This document shows, piece by piece, positions 27,499 through 30,585 of a stretch of 30,585 nucleotides of DNA; positions within the stretch are counted from its first letter, which is position 1, and every line of letters starts with the position of its first letter. Source of the DNA: a virus (lineage: Duplodnaviria > Heunggongvirae > Uroviricota > Caudoviricetes); the IMG/VR virus record IMGVR_UViG_2728369593_000008, positions 1-30,585 of that record; one strand, written 5' to 3'. A model generated the notes under the pieces. It was given only the letters and a program-made list of their open reading frames with translations, was not told the origin of the DNA and did no database searches. The position numbers and the translations under genes were made by a program.

Positions 27499-28062
27499 AT
27501 GATTTACGGGTATGTTCGTGTATCAACAAATCATCAGGATACAGAGTTGCAACGTCTTGCACTTGAGTCAGCTGGCTGTGAGCGAATTTATGAAGAATAT
27601 GCCAGTGGCAGAACAGCTAATCGCCCTGTGTTAAAGGAATTAATTACGGTGATGAAAAGTGGAGATGAGTTGATTGTCTGGAAGTTAGATCGGATAGGGA
27701 GAAATGTGCTGCATGCGCTATTGATGTTTCAAAATCTGCACGAAAAAGGTGTTAATTTTCGGAGTATTACAGATGGCGTAGACCTGAAAACAGCAAGTGG
27801 TCGCTATAATTTCCGTAATATTCTTTCTGCTGCGCAGTATGAATCTGATTTGAATAGCGAGCGAACTTTAGCTGGTTTGGCTATTGCCAGATCCAAAGGC
27901 CGGATTGGTGGGCGTAGACCGAAGTTTAGCGACGAGCAGTGGCAACAGATGGGAGCGCTCATAGCGGCAGGGAAATCACGGCGTTATGTTGCACGTATCT
28001 ATAACGTTGGGCTATCAACCCTATATAAACGATTTCCTGTTACTGGCATTCAAACGAAATAA
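27499..28062 (+). CDS. Serine-recombinase DNA invertase (Pin/Gin/Hin/Cin family)
   Basis: N-terminus MIYGYVRVSTNHQDTELQR with the catalytic Ser in the YxRVST motif; ...WKLDRIGRN...; C-terminal HTH (GLSTLYKRF); closely resembles e14 Pin as I recall it. Confidence 0.9.
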   Translation: MIYGYVRVSTNHQDTELQRLALESAGCERIYEEYASGRTANRPVLKELITVMKSGDELIVWKLDRIGRNVLHALLMFQNLHEKGVNFRSITDGVDLKTASGRYNFRNILSAAQYESDLNSERTLAGLAIARSKGRIGGRRPKFSDEQWQQMGALIAAGKSRRYVARIYNVGLSTLYKRFPVTGIQTK

Positions 28063-28205
28063 TTTAAAAGCAATTTAAAGAGTTATTTGTCTAATGTTGG
28101 AAGCCGCAGCCACGTCGTATGCAAGAACGTGCTGCGGCTGGCTGGCGAACTTTCGATAGTGCGAGTATTGAATGATTTCCAGCCGTTACCGATTTTACGT
28201 ATTAA

Positions 28206-28454
28206 TTAGTGAACAAACCACTCGTCAGCAGATTCCCAGGTATCTTTCAGAGTCTCCTGAACAAAAGTTTTTGCAGAATCCTTATCTGTGGTGCGTGTAA
28301 CAGAAAGGCCATCGTTGCTGGTGGCTTTTACGATCACCTCTACATCGTCATAACGTTTACTGATGCGTCGGGTTAATTCTTCCTTTAACGCATCCACAGC
28401 ACCGGTTGGCATTTTAGTCATTTTTTCTTTGGCTATGCAGATTTCAATACGCAT
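28206..28454 (-). CDS. DinI-family protein (DNA-damage-inducible protein I-like)
   Basis: 82 aa; [11 protein letters not shown]...[11 protein letters not shown]...[14 protein letters not shown] aligns with E. coli DinI as I recall it. Confidence 0.8.
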   Translation of the reverse strand: MRIEICIAKEKMTKMPTGAVDALKEELTRRISKRYDDVEVIVKATSNDGLSVTRTTDKDSAKTFVQETLKDTWESADEWFVH

Positions 28455-28515
28455 AAAAGTCCCTCTATACTGTGTTTGTATACAGTATTATTTTTAACTG
28501 TATGGATAAACAGTG

Positions 28516-29613
28516 TCAAGAGGTCTTATTTCTGCTCCTTTGGAGCTCTTCAAAACGATTATGTAAAGATTTCGGATACAGTTCGGTATATACCTGCCAT
28601 AGCACGTTTAATGAACGATGCCCTGTAACCTGGGCGACTTCCTCAATACTAAAACCAGCCTCAAATAAGCGACTTGCCCCTTCTCTACGCAAATCATGGT
28701 ATCGCAGATCTTTAATACCTAATTTGCTTCTTACCCTCTGGAATCCCGCAGTAACAGAAGTGCTGTTATATGGAAAAATGAATTCTGATTTTTTGGGTTG
28801 TCGTTGGACGATATCCCAGGCTTCCCCAAGCAAGGCTACTTTCATATGGTTGCCTTCCTTTTTACGTGGATCTTTCCTGTCTCTTACGAGTATGGATTTT
28901 TGTTCCTGATCGAGATCCTCCCATCGTAATCGGCATACTTCACCGATTCGCATACATGACCACACAGAAAATTTGAGGATATCAACGAACGGAATTTTTG
29001 AGCATTTATGTGTAGATCGTTGTTGAAGACCTTCAATGAGCATGTCCAGTTCATCAGATGCCGGTCTACGATTACGACGATTTGATTTACCAATTAAACC
29101 AAGTTTAAGTAGATATGGACGAGCGGCTTTTGCTGGGTTTGATGTGTAATTAATTCCATATACAGGTTTGGCAGCATCCAGAACACTGCCAAGATAACTA
29201 ACATCGTGGCTAACTGTAGCTGGACCTGCACCAGCGTTGTTTCTTAGCCTGCAATGTTCAATTACGTCATTTTCTGTCAGTTCAGATAGTTTGATCGCGG
29301 AGATGTCACTATCCATAAGCAGTTCCAGCACATATCTTTTAGTACGGCCTGCTTTACCTCCGGCATTTGGGTCATTTAAATATTTGTGTAGTAAGTCACG
29401 GACTGTAAGTCCGTCAACTGCATTTGATGATGGAATGCCATATAGATCTAATTCCATCACTTTCTGTGTGCCCCATGTTTTGGCATGAGCATGTTTAGGG
29501 AATGTTTTGCTTTCCCTGTAAGTGATAACACCTTTTTCTTTGATAATCACATTACAGCGATAGCGTGGTGTGCCATCGGATTTTAGTCGTTTCTCTATGT
29601 TATAGTACGCCAT
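28516..29613 (-). CDS. int: Tyrosine integrase (dusA-associated integrase type)
   Basis: 365 aa; C-terminal catalytic region with HDLRREGASRL...VTGHRSLNVLWQVYTELY (His/Arg/Tyr of the tyrosine-recombinase fold); adjacent to the dusA 5' end. Confidence 0.9.
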   Translation of the reverse strand: MAYYNIEKRLKSDGTPRYRCNVIIKEKGVITYRESKTFPKHAHAKTWGTQKVMELDLYGIPSSNAVDGLTVRDLLHKYLNDPNAGGKAGRTKRYVLELLMDSDISAIKLSELTENDVIEHCRLRNNAGAGPATVSHDVSYLGSVLDAAKPVYGINYTSNPAKAARPYLLKLGLIGKSNRRNRRPASDELDMLIEGLQQRSTHKCSKIPFVDILKFSVWSCMRIGEVCRLRWEDLDQEQKSILVRDRKDPRKKEGNHMKVALLGEAWDIVQRQPKKSEFIFPYNSTSVTAGFQRVRSKLGIKDLRYHDLRREGASRLFEAGFSIEEVAQVTGHRSLNVLWQVYTELYPKSLHNRFEELQRSRNKTS

Positions 29614-29701
29614 TACACGACCTCGTTATTTCGGGTTCCCATAAAACGTGGGAACCTGTGCGGGAACCTAACGCGAGAAAAATAGCCTGAAATGTTCAAA
29701 A

Positions 29702-30585
29702 ATGCACGATAATCATGAAACACAAAAAATTAATCAAACCAGCGTGATGCCTGAAAAAACTGGTGTTTACTGGAATTCTCGGTTTAGCATTGCTCCTATG
29801 CTTGACTGGACGGACAGACATTGCCGTTATTTCTTGCGTCTGCTTTCCCGCAATACGTTGCTGTATACCGAAATGGTGACCACAGGGGCGATTATTCACG
29901 GTAAAGGTGATTACCTGGCGTACAGTGAAGAAGAACATCCGGTAGCGTTGCAACTCGGGGGTAGCGATCCGGCGGCGCTGGCACAGTGTGCGAAGCTGGC
30001 AGAAGCGCGTGGATACGATGAGATCAACCTGAATGTCGGCTGCCCGTCTGACCGGGTGCAGAACGGCATGTTTGGTGCGTGTCTGATGGGTAATGCGCAG
30101 CTGGTTGCCGACTGCGTGAAAGCGATGCGCGATGTGGTGTCGATTCCGGTGACGGTGAAAACGCGTATTGGCATCGATGATCAGGACAGCTATGAATTTC
30201 TCTGCGATTTCATCAACACCGTTTCCGGCAAAGGTGAGTGTGAGATGTTCATCATCCACGCACGTAAAGCCTGGCTTTCTGGGTTAAGTCCGAAAGAAAA
30301 CCGTGAGATCCCGCCGCTCGATTATCCGCGTGTGTATCAACTGAAGCGTGACTTTCCGCATCTGACGATGTCGATTAACGGTGGTATCAAGTCGCTGGAA
30401 GAAGCTAAAGCGCATTTGCAACATATGGATGGCGTGATGGTCGGGCGCGAGGCGTATCAGAATCCGGGTATTCTGGCGGCGGTAGACCGAGAGATTTTTG
30501 GTTCCTCGGATACTGATGCTGATCCGGTGGCGGTAGTGCGCGCCATGTATCCGTACATTGAGCGTGAACTCAGCCAGGGTACGTA
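29702..30585 (+). CDS. dusA: tRNA-dihydrouridine synthase A, 3' partial (host gene, runs off the window)
   Basis: In-frame translation [44 protein letters not shown]...[11 protein letters not shown]...[31 protein letters not shown] matches E. coli DusA. Not in the ORF track because it has no stop in the window; the true start may be the in-frame ATG at 29747. Confidence 0.9.
   Translation, partial: MHDNHETQKINQTSVMPEKTGVYWNSRFSIAPMLDWTDRHCRYFLRLLSRNTLLYTEMVTTGAIIHGKGDYLAYSEEEHPVALQLGGSDPAALAQCAKLAEARGYDEINLNVGCPSDRVQNGMFGACLMGNAQLVADCVKAMRDVVSIPVTVKTRIGIDDQDSYEFLCDFINTVSGKGECEMFIIHARKAWLSGLSPKENREIPPLDYPRVYQLKRDFPHLTMSINGGIKSLEEAKAHLQHMDGVMVGREAYQNPGILAAVDREIFGSSDTDADPVAVVRAMYPYIERELSQGT

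Larger units (their letters stand above)
1..29750. mobile_element. Right arm of a lambdoid/SfV-like mosaic prophage (early-left genes and attL lie outside the window); right boundary inside the 5' end of dusA is approximate
   Basis: Contiguous phage modules in canonical order (Q, lysis, HNH/terminase, HK97-type head, Mu-type tail, invertase, integrase) abutting the host gene dusA. Confidence 0.8.

Noticed and set aside
28472-28909. 145-aa ORF on the + strand
   Set aside because: Overlaps the integrase gene on the opposite strand; the integrase frame has the conserved catalytic motifs, this one has none.
29696-30259. 187-aa ORF on the - strand at the window end
   Set aside because: Antisense to the strongly supported dusA reading frame; a typical shadow ORF in G+C-rich coding DNA.
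1-30585. CRISPR array or other tandem repeat array
   Set aside because: No regularly spaced direct repeats seen anywhere in the window.

Overview
The window is the right ~29.7 kb of an integrated, SfV/e14-like mosaic prophage in an enterobacterial (E. coli-like) chromosome, ending at the host tRNA-dihydrouridine synthase gene dusA (29702 to window end). Gene order on the + strand: KilA-N protein (5' partial), DUF968 zinc-finger protein, Q-type antiterminator, an AT-rich two-gene cargo cassette, lysis cassette (holin, lambda R-like endolysin, Rz/Rz1), a second AT-rich single-gene moron, HNH endonuclease, HK97-type head module (small and large terminase, portal, prohead protease, major capsid, connector proteins) and a Mu-type contractile tail (sheath, tube, frameshifting chaperone, tape measure, a lipoprotein moron, DNA-circularisation protein, baseplate, tail fibre). 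The tail-fibre end carries a Gin/Pin/Hin-type invertible segment (~25386..27425) with its invertase, followed by a DinI-like gene and a tyrosine integrase on the - strand. The main candidates for a new system are the three AT-rich cargo loci: 3127..4880 (two overlapping genes in the Q-to-holin slot), 6455..6964, and 19363..20040; none resembles a family I recognise. All calls are from reading the ORF translations and the DNA by eye; no database search or computed statistic was available, and G+C values are visual estimates.
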